Of a stretch of DNA of 59,653 nucleotides, positions 6,681 to 16,796 are shown one piece after another. The stretch is from Bacteroidales bacterium (GTDB lineage Bacteria > Bacteroidota > Bacteroidia > Bacteroidales > VadinHA17): NCBI GenBank assembly GCA_035414025.1, contig DAONXX010000003.1:1-59653 (forward strand), written 5' to 3'. The notes beneath the pieces were generated by a model. The model was not told where the DNA came from and searched no databases. It saw nothing but the letters and a program-made list of their open reading frames with translations. Positions within the stretch are counted from its first letter, which is position 1. Every line of letters starts with the position of its first letter. A program made the translations under genes and the position numbers.

Positions 6681-9443
6681 TTAGTAGTAATAGTTATCGT
6701 GATAATCTTTTCTTCTCTGATATTTGAGATCGGACAATACTGCAGCCTTGACCCTTATTGTAAATTCCCAGCTTTTCATTGTTCCGTTTGGGATCCAACT
6801 GAAACTCATGTTCCAGCAATGCAAGTCACGTACAACTGATATCTGAGTAGTTGAAATTTCCTTTGCAGCAAAATCATAACCTGTCCTGTAAGTTATATCC
6901 ATCTTTTTTGTCAGTGCAAGATGGCCGTTTATCGAAAGATATTGTGATATTGACTTCCTTGCCAATTTGGAATAATCAACCCTGTAACTGACATTCATTG
7001 TCCATGGCATATCAAATCTCATATAGCCATACTCGTCGAAAACATCTGTTGAGACAGTTTGAGCTGATAAGCCAGATGCACCTGCCTGATCCATCTGAGG
7101 ATATGAAGCAGACTGTACTTGTGCCGGAGCCGACGTGGCAGATCTTTTCGTCTTTCCTACAAAGAATCTGTCGAGACTGAAATCAATAGTTGCTGACATA
7201 TTTTTAAAGCGCATAGGTCGCTTGTCTGTCGAAAAATAGAAAGATCCTGTCTCCTTCCCGTTCTTATCAAGGCCGTAAAGTGAAAAAGAACTATTCCACG
7301 ATATATTTATATTCTTAAACAATGTTGTTCGCATCACCATGGAGATCGGGGCCCATCGCATGGAATCAGCAAAAACATTGTAGGAAGTGTTGATCCCGAA
7401 ATTATCTATAATAGAGACTTTTTGAGGCTTACCTGTAGTATCATTGCGTTCAAAGACCTTTGCTTCAAGAAGATTAGTAAGACTGAAAGAGACAGCACCA
7501 CTTTTTTGAGAAAGAGACGGAGTACCATAGATTCCGCCCTGAAAAATGGAATACTCTTCTGTCCTTCCTGTTGTATCAACCTGAACCTTCCTGTACATAT
7601 TGGTTGCAAGTTGATTTAAATATGGAACATAACTAAATGATACAGACGGTTTCATCACATGACGAATTGCCTGTATCCTTGATGTTTGGCTTATAAATTC
7701 GTATATTCCGAAGATCTGCGGACTATAGCCGGCGCTTATCGATGGTTTAAGTGCATGTCCATAAAAAAATCCCCTTGTTGTGTCATTGACTGCTGATGGT
7801 CTGACTGCTCCAGTTATTGGATCGACAAAATCAGGATCCCACGCCTTATTAATTTTCTGAGTATAGATGACACCTTCATAAGAAACCTGCGGAGAGATTG
7901 AGAAATTATTGAAGGGTCTGAACTGGATACTCAATGGTATTCTGTGAGAAAACCCATTCTGCATATTATCCCAAACCTTTGATGTAAACAGCAGACTGTC
8001 TTTTGTAGCGATCCTGTTATCAAGTGAGGCGGTATATTGCAACTGCAGATCCTGATACCATTTTCCTGATCCTACCCTGCCAAGCTTTTTAAAAGGATAG
8101 ATCCTTGATGCGCTAAAACTGACCTTGGGAAGATTCAGGTTTACAATATCAGTTTTTGTATTCTGGCTATGGTTCATGCTTACCGAGAGGTTAAAAGGAG
8201 TGCCTGTCCAGCTTTTTGAATAGCTTATGCTTGACTGTTTTGTTGTTGTAATGAATTGCTCTATCTGGTAACTGTTATTCCTGTCAAATCCCGATGAACT
8301 CATATCGACACTTGCACTGAATCGTGATCCCGGCCTGGCCTTGGAATCCTGGTTAAATGTCCAGCCAATACTGTAGTTTGTCGATGCTTTATAATCCGAT
8401 AATCCTTTATGTCCCGATATGTTTTTGGCATAACTGAAAGAAAAATTTCCTGAATACTTATAACGCTTATTATATGCAGTCTGGGTAGTTGCCATCCATG
8501 TTCCGTTAGTGTAGATACTCCCTTTCAGTGTCAGATCAAAGTAATCGCTTATAGCAAAATAATAACCTCCATCTGTTAAAGCATAGCCTCTACCCTCTTC
8601 ATAATGGACCCTTGGCATTATTATTCCTGATTCAGCACTTTTTGTCTGAATCGGAAAATATCCAAAAGGAAGATAAAGGGGCAAAGGTATTCCTTCGAGG
8701 ACCAGATGTCCCGGCCCTGAAATTATCTTTTTCCCCGGATACACCTTGGCTTTTGGCAGGCTTATATAGAAATGAGGGATCTCAGCATCGCATGTGGAAT
8801 ATGTACTTTTATAAATATTTGAGGTACCATCGTCAAGCATCTTTCCAACAGAGCTCCGAAGCAATCCTTCATCCTGTTGAGTAACAATAACTTTGACAAC
8901 TGCCATCCCTGTTTTGAAATTATACCTGAGAGTATCTGTTTCATATTTCTGCGTACCGACTTCAAGAACCGGTTTTCCGCTTACTGCACCTGTTGAATCC
9001 GGAAGACCGACAGCAAATACCTCACTTGTCTCCATATTAAACTCAATTGAATCAGCGGAGATTCTGATATTGTCGTAATTGACAACAGCTTTATCAACAA
9101 TTGTAGCTTTTTTATTTAACAGGTCGGTTTTAATATAACCGTTAGAAGTATATGTCACCTGTTTTTCAATAGCATCGCCGGATATTCTCTTAAGCCCTCT
9201 GATTGTATCAGCAACAGTTGAATCTCTTCCCTGCTGCAATGTGTTCTGAAATAACTTATCATCTTGTGATAATAACGAAATTGAGTGGAGCATCACGAGG
9301 AACACTACAAGTAACCGCTTTTCAGTAAAAAAATACAACTTAAATACTATTTTTGTATAGTTTTTGTGTGACGTCATGATGTCAGCGGCAAAACTATTAA
9401 AAAAACATGAACATAAGATGAGTATGAATATTAAAAACGGCAA
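6681..9443 (-). CDS. Large outer-membrane protein, putative LptD-like LPS assembly protein (start codon uncertain)
   Basis: 920-aa ORF. An OstA-like N-terminal region is followed by a long beta-rich, aromatic-rich C-terminus ending in YHDNYYY. A likely signal peptide (KRLLVVFLVMLHSISLLSQ) sits ~45 codons into the ORF, so the true start is probably downstream of 9443. Divergent neighbour of an amidase gene. Confidence 0.55.
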   Translation of the reverse strand: MPFLIFILILCSCFFNSFAADIMTSHKNYTKIVFKLYFFTEKRLLVVFLVMLHSISLLSQDDKLFQNTLQQGRDSTVADTIRGLKRISGDAIEKQVTYTSNGYIKTDLLNKKATIVDKAVVNYDNIRISADSIEFNMETSEVFAVGLPDSTGAVSGKPVLEVGTQKYETDTLRYNFKTGMAVVKVIVTQQDEGLLRSSVGKMLDDGTSNIYKSTYSTCDAEIPHFYISLPKAKVYPGKKIISGPGHLVLEGIPLPLYLPFGYFPIQTKSAESGIIMPRVHYEEGRGYALTDGGYYFAISDYFDLTLKGSIYTNGTWMATTQTAYNKRYKYSGNFSFSYAKNISGHKGLSDYKASTNYSIGWTFNQDSKARPGSRFSASVDMSSSGFDRNNSYQIEQFITTTKQSSISYSKSWTGTPFNLSVSMNHSQNTKTDIVNLNLPKVSFSASRIYPFKKLGRVGSGKWYQDLQLQYTASLDNRIATKDSLLFTSKVWDNMQNGFSHRIPLSIQFRPFNNFSISPQVSYEGVIYTQKINKAWDPDFVDPITGAVRPSAVNDTTRGFFYGHALKPSISAGYSPQIFGIYEFISQTSRIQAIRHVMKPSVSFSYVPYLNQLATNMYRKVQVDTTGRTEEYSIFQGGIYGTPSLSQKSGAVSFSLTNLLEAKVFERNDTTGKPQKVSIIDNFGINTSYNVFADSMRWAPISMVMRTTLFKNINISWNSSFSLYGLDKNGKETGSFYFSTDKRPMRFKNMSATIDFSLDRFFVGKTKRSATSAPAQVQSASYPQMDQAGASGLSAQTVSTDVFDEYGYMRFDMPWTMNVSYRVDYSKLARKSISQYLSINGHLALTKKMDITYRTGYDFAAKEISTTQISVVRDLHCWNMSFSWIPNGTMKSWEFTIRVKAAVLSDLKYQRRKDYHDNYYY
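9348..9355 (+). promoter_or_regulatory. Bacteroidota-type -7 promoter box (TATTTTTG) upstream of the amidase gene
   Basis: Exact TAnnTTTG match 8 nt upstream of the first ATG (9364) of the amidase ORF. Confidence 0.35.
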
Positions 9444-10578
9444 ACATCATACCATTAATATGTATGCAATATATATTCTGTTAATTCCGGCTATTTTAAT
9501 AATTGCTTCACCTGTTCTTGCTGCACCTTTTCCAAAGAATGAAGGAAAATGGGTCGTAGTTATTGATCCGGGGCATGGAGGAAGGGACCCCGGCGCCCTT
9601 GGTAAATTTAGCAAGGAGAAAGATATCAACCTTGCAATAGCTTTAAAAACCGGAAAATATATAGAAGATAATATTCCTAATGTAAAAGTCCTTTATACAA
9701 GAAAGAAGGATTCCACTTTAAACTTGTATGATCGTCCGGCATTTGCTATTAAGAACAAAGCGGACCTGTTCATTTCAATCCATGCCAACTGGGCCAAGAA
9801 CAGCAGCATTACGGGAGCAGAAACTTATGTGATGGGGGTTTCAAGCAGTGAAGATAACCTTGAAGTGGCAATGAAAGAAAATGAAGTTATACTTCTGGAA
9901 GAAGATTATACTACCAGATATGAGGGTTTCGATCCAAAATCCCCTGAGTCATACATTATTTTTACCCTTACCCAGAATGTTTATAATAAACAAAGCATTG
10001 ATCTCGCTGCCAGGATCCAGTATCAGATTACTGAAAGAGCTAAAAGGAAAGACCGTGGAGTGAAACAGGAAAGGTTCCTTGTACTTTACAGGAATACAAT
10101 GCCGAGTGTACTTATCGAAACAGGCTTTATGACAAATACTGAGGAGGAAAAGTATCTGAATTCAGCCCAGGGGCAGGATTATCTGGCATCTGCAATTTAC
10201 AGAGCATGCAGGGATTATATAAATGATATTGACAGAATGAGTGGTATAAGTACAAATAATGAAGTCTTATCTGAAGAAAAAAGCATTGATATATTGGCCA
10301 TGACCAAAGGAGAGATCATATTCATGGTACAGGTGGCATCAGCTATAACAAGAACGGAAATAAAACCGGAAAATTTTCAAGGCCTCAGGGATATTACCGA
10401 AATCCCTTCCTCTAATCGTTTCAGATACGCGACAGGTGCCTTCAGGGATTATGACGATGCTGTAAATCACCGGAAGGATATTGAGACAATCTATCCCGAT
10501 GCTTTTGTAATTGCAGTCAAAGACAGCAATGTTCTGCCTCTGCAACAGGCACTGGATGAGAAAAAGAAAAGAAAATAA
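9364..10578 (+). CDS. N-acetylmuramoyl-L-alanine amidase (Amidase_3) with C-terminal SPOR domain
   Basis: VVIDPGHGGRDPGA and ISIHAN motifs. C-terminal SPOR-like segment FMVQVAS...YRYATGAFRDYDDAVNHRKDIE. Alternative starts at 9424 or 9460 precede the signal peptide YILLIPAILIIASPVLA. Confidence 0.85.
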   Translation: MCDVMMSAAKLLKKHEHKMSMNIKNGKHHTINMYAIYILLIPAILIIASPVLAAPFPKNEGKWVVVIDPGHGGRDPGALGKFSKEKDINLAIALKTGKYIEDNIPNVKVLYTRKKDSTLNLYDRPAFAIKNKADLFISIHANWAKNSSITGAETYVMGVSSSEDNLEVAMKENEVILLEEDYTTRYEGFDPKSPESYIIFTLTQNVYNKQSIDLAARIQYQITERAKRKDRGVKQERFLVLYRNTMPSVLIETGFMTNTEEEKYLNSAQGQDYLASAIYRACRDYINDIDRMSGISTNNEVLSEEKSIDILAMTKGEIIFMVQVASAITRTEIKPENFQGLRDITEIPSSNRFRYATGAFRDYDDAVNHRKDIETIYPDAFVIAVKDSNVLPLQQALDEKKKRK

Positions 10579-10593
10579 AATAACAGAAACAAC

Positions 10594-11544
10594 ATGAAAA
10601 TATCAAATGAAGTCAAAGTCGGCGCTGTTGCCCTTGTTACTTTAGTTGTGTTCATCTGGCTCTTCAATTTTTTAAAGGGTAAAAATTTCTTTAAAAAAAC
10701 AGTTAACTATTATTGTGTTTATAACGAAATAGGAGGTCTGGCTGAATCTAGTCCTGTGGAGATCAATGGCTATAAGGTAGGAATTGTACAATCAATTGAC
10801 TTCGTTGATGCTGAAACAGGCCGTTTGCTTGTCGTATTTTCTGTGAACAGGAATTTCAGGCTTCCTTTGAATACAGTTGCTGAAATAGTTCCCGTCTCAA
10901 TAATTGCCGGAATGAAAGTTCAATTTGTATTCGGAGACGGACCAGGTTTCCACGAATTTGGAGATACAATCCCTGGAAGGCTTTCGGCAGGATTACTTTC
11001 CACCATTGAAACAGAACTAATGCCCGTCAAAGACCGAATCACAGATTTGATTATTGTCCTTGATTCAGTTATATCTTCTGTCAATGATATTATGGATCCT
11101 GAATTCAAGAAAAATCTCAATGGTGCTGTTTCTAACCTCAGCAATACTTCTGAAAGCATAAGTAATATTATCGGATCAAAGGAAAGGGAATTAAAGGAAT
11201 CTGTTGAAAACCTCACCCGTTTTACCCAGATGCTGGCAAACAACTCAGATGAAATAAGCAACACATTCAGGAATCTCAGTAATTTTTCAGATACGCTCGC
11301 TGCAGCAGACATATATACATCTGTTTCAAATTTAAAAAGTACACTTGAACAAACATCAAAAATGCTGGGAAATATAAATGATGGCAAAGGAAGTGCAGGA
11401 CTTTTACTCACAAATGATTCACTTTACAATAATCTTACTCGAAGTCTGGCAAGCATGGACGAGCTTTTAAGGGATCTTAAAGCGAATCCCAAAAGGTATG
11501 TTCACTTTTCTATTTTTGGGAAAAAAAATATTCCAGCTGAATAA
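10594..11544 (+). CDS. MlaD/MCE family protein
   Basis: 316-aa ORF with an N-terminal TM helix, an MCE domain (SPVEINGYKVGIVQSIDF) and a long helical Ser/Asn/Leu-rich C-terminus. Confidence 0.8.
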   Translation: MKISNEVKVGAVALVTLVVFIWLFNFLKGKNFFKKTVNYYCVYNEIGGLAESSPVEINGYKVGIVQSIDFVDAETGRLLVVFSVNRNFRLPLNTVAEIVPVSIIAGMKVQFVFGDGPGFHEFGDTIPGRLSAGLLSTIETELMPVKDRITDLIIVLDSVISSVNDIMDPEFKKNLNGAVSNLSNTSESISNIIGSKERELKESVENLTRFTQMLANNSDEISNTFRNLSNFSDTLAAADIYTSVSNLKSTLEQTSKMLGNINDGKGSAGLLLTNDSLYNNLTRSLASMDELLRDLKANPKRYVHFSIFGKKNIPAE

Positions 11545-11879
11545 CACAAAATTCAAAATTTCAGACTATCTTGATACAGAAAAAGGAAAACAAAATCTGG
11601 AATAAGATAATACTTATTTCAGAATACAATTTTTGAATTTTCAGCAGGAAGCCTTAATGAATTGTAATCCACTTGTTAAATCAAAACACCATCCGTAAGT
11701 GCTTGACAATAAGCAACTTGCATATAATGCAAATATTATTTTCCATAAGTTGCTGATGTTTAAAACCATAGATTGTTTTTGAAAAAAGCAAGTGAAAAAA
11801 GTTTTTTTTTTAAGTTTTTTTTTTACAAATATTGTACTTAGATAAAGTCAATAAAATTCATAAAAAATTACTTGCTTAA
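11545..11879. promoter_or_regulatory. AT-rich dnaA upstream region (dnaA promoter; weak oriC candidate)
   Basis: 335-bp non-coding stretch. It holds a tandem AAG-T10 repeat (11799..11824) and the palindrome TTGCATATAATGCAA (11718..11732). The only DnaA-box-like 9-mers are degenerate: TAATCCACT at 11665 and TTTTCCATA at 11739. Confidence 0.3.
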
Positions 11880-13310
11880 ATGAACAAATCTCATCATGAG
11901 GCATGGAACAATTGTCTGCAGATAATAAGGGATATAATTCCATCTGCCAGCTTTAAAACATGGTTTGAACCAATCATTCCTCTTAAACTGGAAAACAATA
12001 TACTGACAATCCAGGTACCGAGCCCCTTCTTTTATGAGTACCTCGAAGAACAGTATATTGACATTCTGAGAAAAACACTCAGGAGAGAGATTGGGACAGA
12101 TGCAATGCTGGAGTACAATGTTGTGATGGAAAATGCCAATTATTCTGATGGGAAACCCTACACTGTAAGGTATCCGTCGAAATACAAGACAGATCTGCAT
12201 AACAGACCTGCACAGGTCCCTTTCGATGTAACCCAGCCTTCCATAAAAAACCCTTTTGTAATACCAGGGATTAAAAAGATCCACTTTGACCCAAAACTTA
12301 ATCCTGAGTATAACTTCAATAATTTTGTTGAAGGTGAATGCAACAGACTGGCAAGATCTGCCGGTATAGCTATTGGCAATAATCCTGGAGGTACTGCATT
12401 CAATCCTCTCATGATATACGGTGATTCAGGACTGGGTAAAACACACCTTGCACAGGCAATAGGAATTCTTGTTAAGGAGAAACATCCTGATAAAATAGTT
12501 CTGTATGTAAATGCAAATAAATTCCAGACCCAGTTTGTTGAATCAGTCAGGAATAATAACAAAAATGATTTTCTGCACTTTTATCAGATGATAGATGTTC
12601 TTATCCTTGATGACGTTCATGAGTTTGCCGGCAAGGAAAAGACCCAGGATACTTTTTTCCATATATTCAATCATCTCCATCAGTCGGGCAAACAACTGAT
12701 ACTTACATGCGACAAACCTCCTGTTGATCTCCAGGGCATGGAACAACGTCTGCTTTCGAGGTTCAAATGGGGATTGCAGGCAGATCTCATTCGCCCTGAC
12801 TACGAAACCCGGCTTGCAATATTAAAGAAAAAAGCCTACAATGATGGCATAGAGCTAGCAGAAGAGATTTTTGAATTCCTTGCGTTAAATATCTCAAACA
12901 ATATAAGGGAGCTTGAAGCAGTACTTATCTCCCTATACGCACAATCAACTCTTAACAGAAAAGAGATTACGCTCGACCTTGCCAAAATGATGGTTGAAAA
13001 ATTAATAAGTACAACCCGTAAGGAAATAACAATTGATTATATACAAAAAATTGTCTGCGACTATTATAAGATACCTGTTGAGCTTATTCAGAGCAAGACA
13101 AGGAAGAGGGAAATAGTTCAGGCAAGACAGGTTTCGATGTATTTCTCCAAAAGTCTGACAAAAGCTTCGCTTGCAAGCATCGGATCTCATATAGGAGGAA
13201 AAGACCATGCAACTGTTTTACATGCATGTAAAACAGTAAACAATCTTATTGATACCGATAAACATTTCAGGAACCAAATAAACGAAATTGAAAAGAAATT
13301 AAAAATCTGA
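11880..13310 (+). CDS. dnaA: Chromosomal replication initiator protein DnaA
   Basis: 476-aa ORF. Walker A GDSGLGKTHL, Walker B LILDDVH, and C-terminal DNA-binding helix with DHATVLHA. Confidence 0.97.
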   Translation: MNKSHHEAWNNCLQIIRDIIPSASFKTWFEPIIPLKLENNILTIQVPSPFFYEYLEEQYIDILRKTLRREIGTDAMLEYNVVMENANYSDGKPYTVRYPSKYKTDLHNRPAQVPFDVTQPSIKNPFVIPGIKKIHFDPKLNPEYNFNNFVEGECNRLARSAGIAIGNNPGGTAFNPLMIYGDSGLGKTHLAQAIGILVKEKHPDKIVLYVNANKFQTQFVESVRNNNKNDFLHFYQMIDVLILDDVHEFAGKEKTQDTFFHIFNHLHQSGKQLILTCDKPPVDLQGMEQRLLSRFKWGLQADLIRPDYETRLAILKKKAYNDGIELAEEIFEFLALNISNNIRELEAVLISLYAQSTLNRKEITLDLAKMMVEKLISTTRKEITIDYIQKIVCDYYKIPVELIQSKTRKREIVQARQVSMYFSKSLTKASLASIGSHIGGKDHATVLHACKTVNNLIDTDKHFRNQINEIEKKLKI

Positions 13311-13313
13311 TCG

Positions 13314-14477
13314 ATGGACACTGAACTCTTTTCTGAAATTTTTTTTAAAAAATATGGGAACAGGAATAATATTCCTGTTCTTTTTTTCTCACCCGGAAGG
13401 GTCAACCTCATTGGAGAACATACAGACTATAACGGCGGATATGTCTTCCCATGCGCATTGAACTATGGTACCTACCTGCTTATCAGGAAAACAAATGACA
13501 AAATCATAAGATTCAGCTCCGTCAATTTCAGCAATGACGAAGAAACAAAGCTTCAGGAAATTTTTGTAAGAAAAGGCAGTAACTGGATCAACTATCCGCT
13601 TGGTGTAATAAACGAATTCTTAAAAAAAGGGATTAAACTTAGCGGGCTTGAACTCCTATATTATGGTGATATCCCGAACAGTGCAGGACTCTCATCTTCA
13701 GCATCAATAGAAGTTGTAACAGCAGTGGCAATAAATGATCTGTTCAATGCCGGACTCGATATGCTTGAGCTTGTCAAAATGAGTCAAAGGGCTGAAAATG
13801 AGTTTGTCGGAATGAATTGCGGTATAATGGACCAGTTTTCCGTTGCTTTCGGAAAGAAAGACCATGCCATCTTATTGAATTGTGATACATTATATTATGA
13901 AAATGTTCCGGTAAATCTGAATGAATGCATATTCATAATCACAAACACAAATAAAAAAAGAAAACTTACCGATTCAAAATATAACGAACGAAGGGCAGAA
14001 TGTGAGAAAGCTGTTGAATTACTTCAGGCTTACAGGTCAATAAACAACCTAAGCGAACTGACTGTTGAAGAAATACCTCTCCTGGAGAAATATATTACAG
14101 ACCAGGTTCTGATCCGCCGGGCAAGGCATGTTATAAGTGAGAATGGAAGAGTGCTTGAAGCTGTTAAAGTTTTAAAAGAGAATGACTTAGACAGTTTTGG
14201 CGAACTCATGAATGCATCTCATGATTCCTTGAAAGACGATTATGAGGTAACCGGAACGGAGCTTGATACTCTTGTTTATGAAGGAAGGAAACTACCGGGG
14301 GTTGTCGGAACACGAATGACTGGTGCCGGATTCGGCGGATGTACAATCAGCATTGTCAAAAAGGATTACTCCCGTGAATTTATGACCAGACTTACTGATG
14401 TCTATACTAAAAGAACCGGTCTTATTCCTGACTTTTATCTTCCAGAGATAGGAAACGGAGCTGGAAAGATCAGATAA
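13314..14477 (+). CDS. galK: Galactokinase
   Basis: Galactokinase signature GRVNLIGEHTDYNGG and GHMP kinase motif PNSAGLSSSAS. Starts 3 nt after the dnaA stop. Confidence 0.93.
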   Translation: MDTELFSEIFFKKYGNRNNIPVLFFSPGRVNLIGEHTDYNGGYVFPCALNYGTYLLIRKTNDKIIRFSSVNFSNDEETKLQEIFVRKGSNWINYPLGVINEFLKKGIKLSGLELLYYGDIPNSAGLSSSASIEVVTAVAINDLFNAGLDMLELVKMSQRAENEFVGMNCGIMDQFSVAFGKKDHAILLNCDTLYYENVPVNLNECIFIITNTNKKRKLTDSKYNERRAECEKAVELLQAYRSINNLSELTVEEIPLLEKYITDQVLIRRARHVISENGRVLEAVKVLKENDLDSFGELMNASHDSLKDDYEVTGTELDTLVYEGRKLPGVVGTRMTGAGFGGCTISIVKKDYSREFMTRLTDVYTKRTGLIPDFYLPEIGNGAGKIR

Positions 14478-14940
14478 TTATCTCTTTAACCTGAAATTTC
14501 TGTCATCAATAATGGCATCTAATTACTCATGGTGTCAAAGTGAGACTAAGTGTTTACTGCTGACGGAATATGTAATCAAGTTGTCAGAATATAGTCATGA
14601 AAATAACCCTGAGTCCCTTGTATATATCTATTCCAAAGCGGTCCAAAACATGCTTAAAATACAATTTAGCCAGAAAAAAGTAACAAAACAAGGAGAAATA
14701 CGTATTTATGCAATATAGAAGTCTGAGTGAAAACTGGCAGCTTAAACATAGACTGGCAAGTTCAAATCTGTATATGAAATAATGATTTAATCTTTTGAAT
14801 ATCACATATTATAACGCAATCTCATTCTTACATGAAAAATTGCACAGGATAATTGTTGAAAACAAGTTAATATAAGATAAAATACCGGTTTAAATTTTGA
14901 ATAATTAGTTTTAATTTTAAAAGAAAATCACAGCTAACAT

Positions 14941-15165
14941 GTGGGTATGTATAAGATAATCAGGACATTAAAATATGTATTTTTGTTCATCCTCATTGCA
15001 GTTGTTACGGGTTGTGCTCCTTCAAAACAGAATCCATATCTAAAAAAGAGACAGGCAGCGTCAAAGGTAAATACATCACAACTGGGGAGAAACAGGTATT
15101 ACTTTTCAAAAGGTTATCAAAAGAAACTTGTGAAAAGCTATAAAAAGAGATCAAACCGCTATTAA
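14941..15165 (+). CDS. Small basic lipoprotein, function unknown
   Basis: 74-aa ORF. Signal peptide plus lipobox (FLFILIAVVTGC) followed by a Lys/Arg/Tyr-rich tail. Its 3' end overlaps the convergent MBL gene by 4 nt. Confidence 0.45.
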   Translation: MGMYKIIRTLKYVFLFILIAVVTGCAPSKQNPYLKKRQAASKVNTSQLGRNRYYFSKGYQKKLVKSYKKRSNRY

Positions 15166-15929
15166 TCCTCGCATTCAAAAGACAACCCGTCATAAGCCAG
15201 GTAAATTCCCTCTGGCAGTTCTTCAGAAACTTTAGAATGCAATCCCATCTGATGGCTTATGTGTGTTATATAGGTTTTCTTTGGTGATATCTCTCTTGTA
15301 AAATCAATGGCCTCTCTAAGGTTGAAATGGGAAATATGCTTTTCCTTTCGCAATGCATTAATAACAAGATATTTAACTCCGATAAGCTTCTCCTTGCTCT
15401 CTTCCGGAATATAATTAGCATCAGTTATATAGGCAAAATTACCTATCCTGAATCCATAAATCTCCAAATGCATGTGCCTGACCCTTATTGGTATTATTTC
15501 AAGGCCCCTGAAAGTAAAACTATAATCTGTTACCAGATTTAACCTCATTCTGGGAATACCCGGATACTGGTTTTCAGCAAAAACATATGAGAACTCCCTC
15601 TTAATAGCCTTCTGCACCCTTTCCTCGGCAAAAATATCAATTGCATCCTGGCTCTTATAGTTAAATGCTCTCACATCATCCATGCCAGCAATATGGTCCT
15701 TGTGCTCATGTGTAAGAAGGATTGCATCAAGTTTTCTGACATTTTCCCTAAGCATCTGTTGACGAAAATCAGGTCCGGCATCAAACAAAAGAGTTGTTCC
15801 GTTTTTCTCAAGCAAAAGAGAGGTCCTTAATCTCTTATCATGCGGATCCTCAGAAAGGCATGTAATGCAGTCGCAGGCTATGACGGGAACACCCTGAGAT
15901 GTACCCGTACCCAGAAAGGTGATCTTCAC
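15162..15929 (-). CDS. MBL-fold metallo-hydrolase (PhnP-like)
   Basis: 255-aa ORF with the HxHxDH motif THEHKDH and a Cys cluster CDCITC near the N-terminus. Confidence 0.8.
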   Translation of the reverse strand: MKITFLGTGTSQGVPVIACDCITCLSEDPHDKRLRTSLLLEKNGTTLLFDAGPDFRQQMLRENVRKLDAILLTHEHKDHIAGMDDVRAFNYKSQDAIDIFAEERVQKAIKREFSYVFAENQYPGIPRMRLNLVTDYSFTFRGLEIIPIRVRHMHLEIYGFRIGNFAYITDANYIPEESKEKLIGVKYLVINALRKEKHISHFNLREAIDFTREISPKKTYITHISHQMGLHSKVSEELPEGIYLAYDGLSFECED

Positions 15930-16021
15930 AATTCAAATATTTACTGACAAACCTATATTAAAAATCACAAACAGCAAACCCAAACAACATTTTTTTAGCA
16001 GTAGTAATGAGCATATTTTAA

Positions 16022-16029
16022 TATATTTG
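16022..16029 (+). promoter_or_regulatory. Bacteroidota-type -7 promoter box (TATATTTG)
   Basis: Exact TAnnTTTG match 18 nt upstream of the GTG start at 16047. Confidence 0.4.
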
Positions 16030-16046
16030 ATGCATAATAATATCAA

Positions 16047-16745
16047 GTGAAAGGAAAAATCTATCTGATCCCTGTCACTCTTGGGGGTAGTGATGTAAGA
16101 GCCATAATACCTGAAAAGGTGCTGGAGATAACAAGAGGGCTACGTTACTTTGTTGTTGAGGAAATAAGAAGTGCCAGAAGATATTTAAGACTAATTGATA
16201 ATCAATTTCCCATTGATGACTCATGCTTCAGGGAACTCAACGAACATACAAGGGAAAAAGACATAACAGCTTATCTGGAGCCGGCATTGAATGGAAATAA
16301 CATGGGATTAATGAGTGAAGCAGGACTTCCCTGCATTGCTGATCCGGGAGCAAGACTGATCGCAATTGCACACAGAGAAAGGATAAAAGTGGTGCCTCTT
16401 TCAGGGCCTTCATCAATTTTAATGGCACTTATTTCATCGGGGATGAACGGTCAAAAATTTACTTTTAACGGATATCTGCCTGTTAAATCCGAGGAAAGAA
16501 TCAAAAAGCTCAGAGAACTTGAAAAGAAAGCAAGAGAAGGATATAAACAGATCTTTATGGAAACACCATACAGGAACCAGAAGATCCTAAATGACATACT
16601 GAAAACCTGCAGCAGTGATATTAATCTCTGCATTGCTTCGGATCTGACTTTGCCATCTGAATCAGTTATCACAAGGAAATTACCGGAATGGAAGACAGAT
16701 ATTCCGGATTTGAATAAAAAAATGGTGATTTTCGTACTGCAATAG
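16047..16745 (+). CDS. SAM-dependent methyltransferase, tetrapyrrole-methylase (RsmI-like) fold
   Basis: 232-aa ORF with a GTG start. Contains GLMSEAGLPCIADPG and GPSSILMAL, typical of the TP_methylase superfamily. Confidence 0.65.
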   Translation: MKGKIYLIPVTLGGSDVRAIIPEKVLEITRGLRYFVVEEIRSARRYLRLIDNQFPIDDSCFRELNEHTREKDITAYLEPALNGNNMGLMSEAGLPCIADPGARLIAIAHRERIKVVPLSGPSSILMALISSGMNGQKFTFNGYLPVKSEERIKKLRELEKKAREGYKQIFMETPYRNQKILNDILKTCSSDINLCIASDLTLPSESVITRKLPEWKTDIPDLNKKMVIFVLQ

Positions 16746-16796
16746 ATCCAGGCAGGATTGAATCAGAATGTAAGATCACTACAAGTTATACCGAAA

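Noticed and set aside
9369-9384. Tandem TGACGTCA TGATGTCA (perfect 8-bp palindrome plus a near copy) at the divergent 5' ends.
   Set aside because: It is a short motif that may lie inside coding sequence. A single 8-bp palindrome is expected by chance in 60 kb, and no second site was seen.
9364-9443. Apparent 80-nt overlap between the divergent LptD-like and amidase ORFs.
   Set aside because: This is most likely an artefact of maximal ORF extension. In both proteins the signal peptide begins well downstream of the first possible start codon, so the real genes probably do not overlap.
10920-11411. 163-aa ORF antisense to the MlaD gene. Similar long antisense ORFs occur at 56277-56750 inside rocD and at 11868-12284 and 12158-12562 inside dnaA.
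   Set aside because: Each lies entirely inside a confidently identified gene on the other strand. Their products are low-complexity with no motif, signal or start context. They are typical shadow ORFs.
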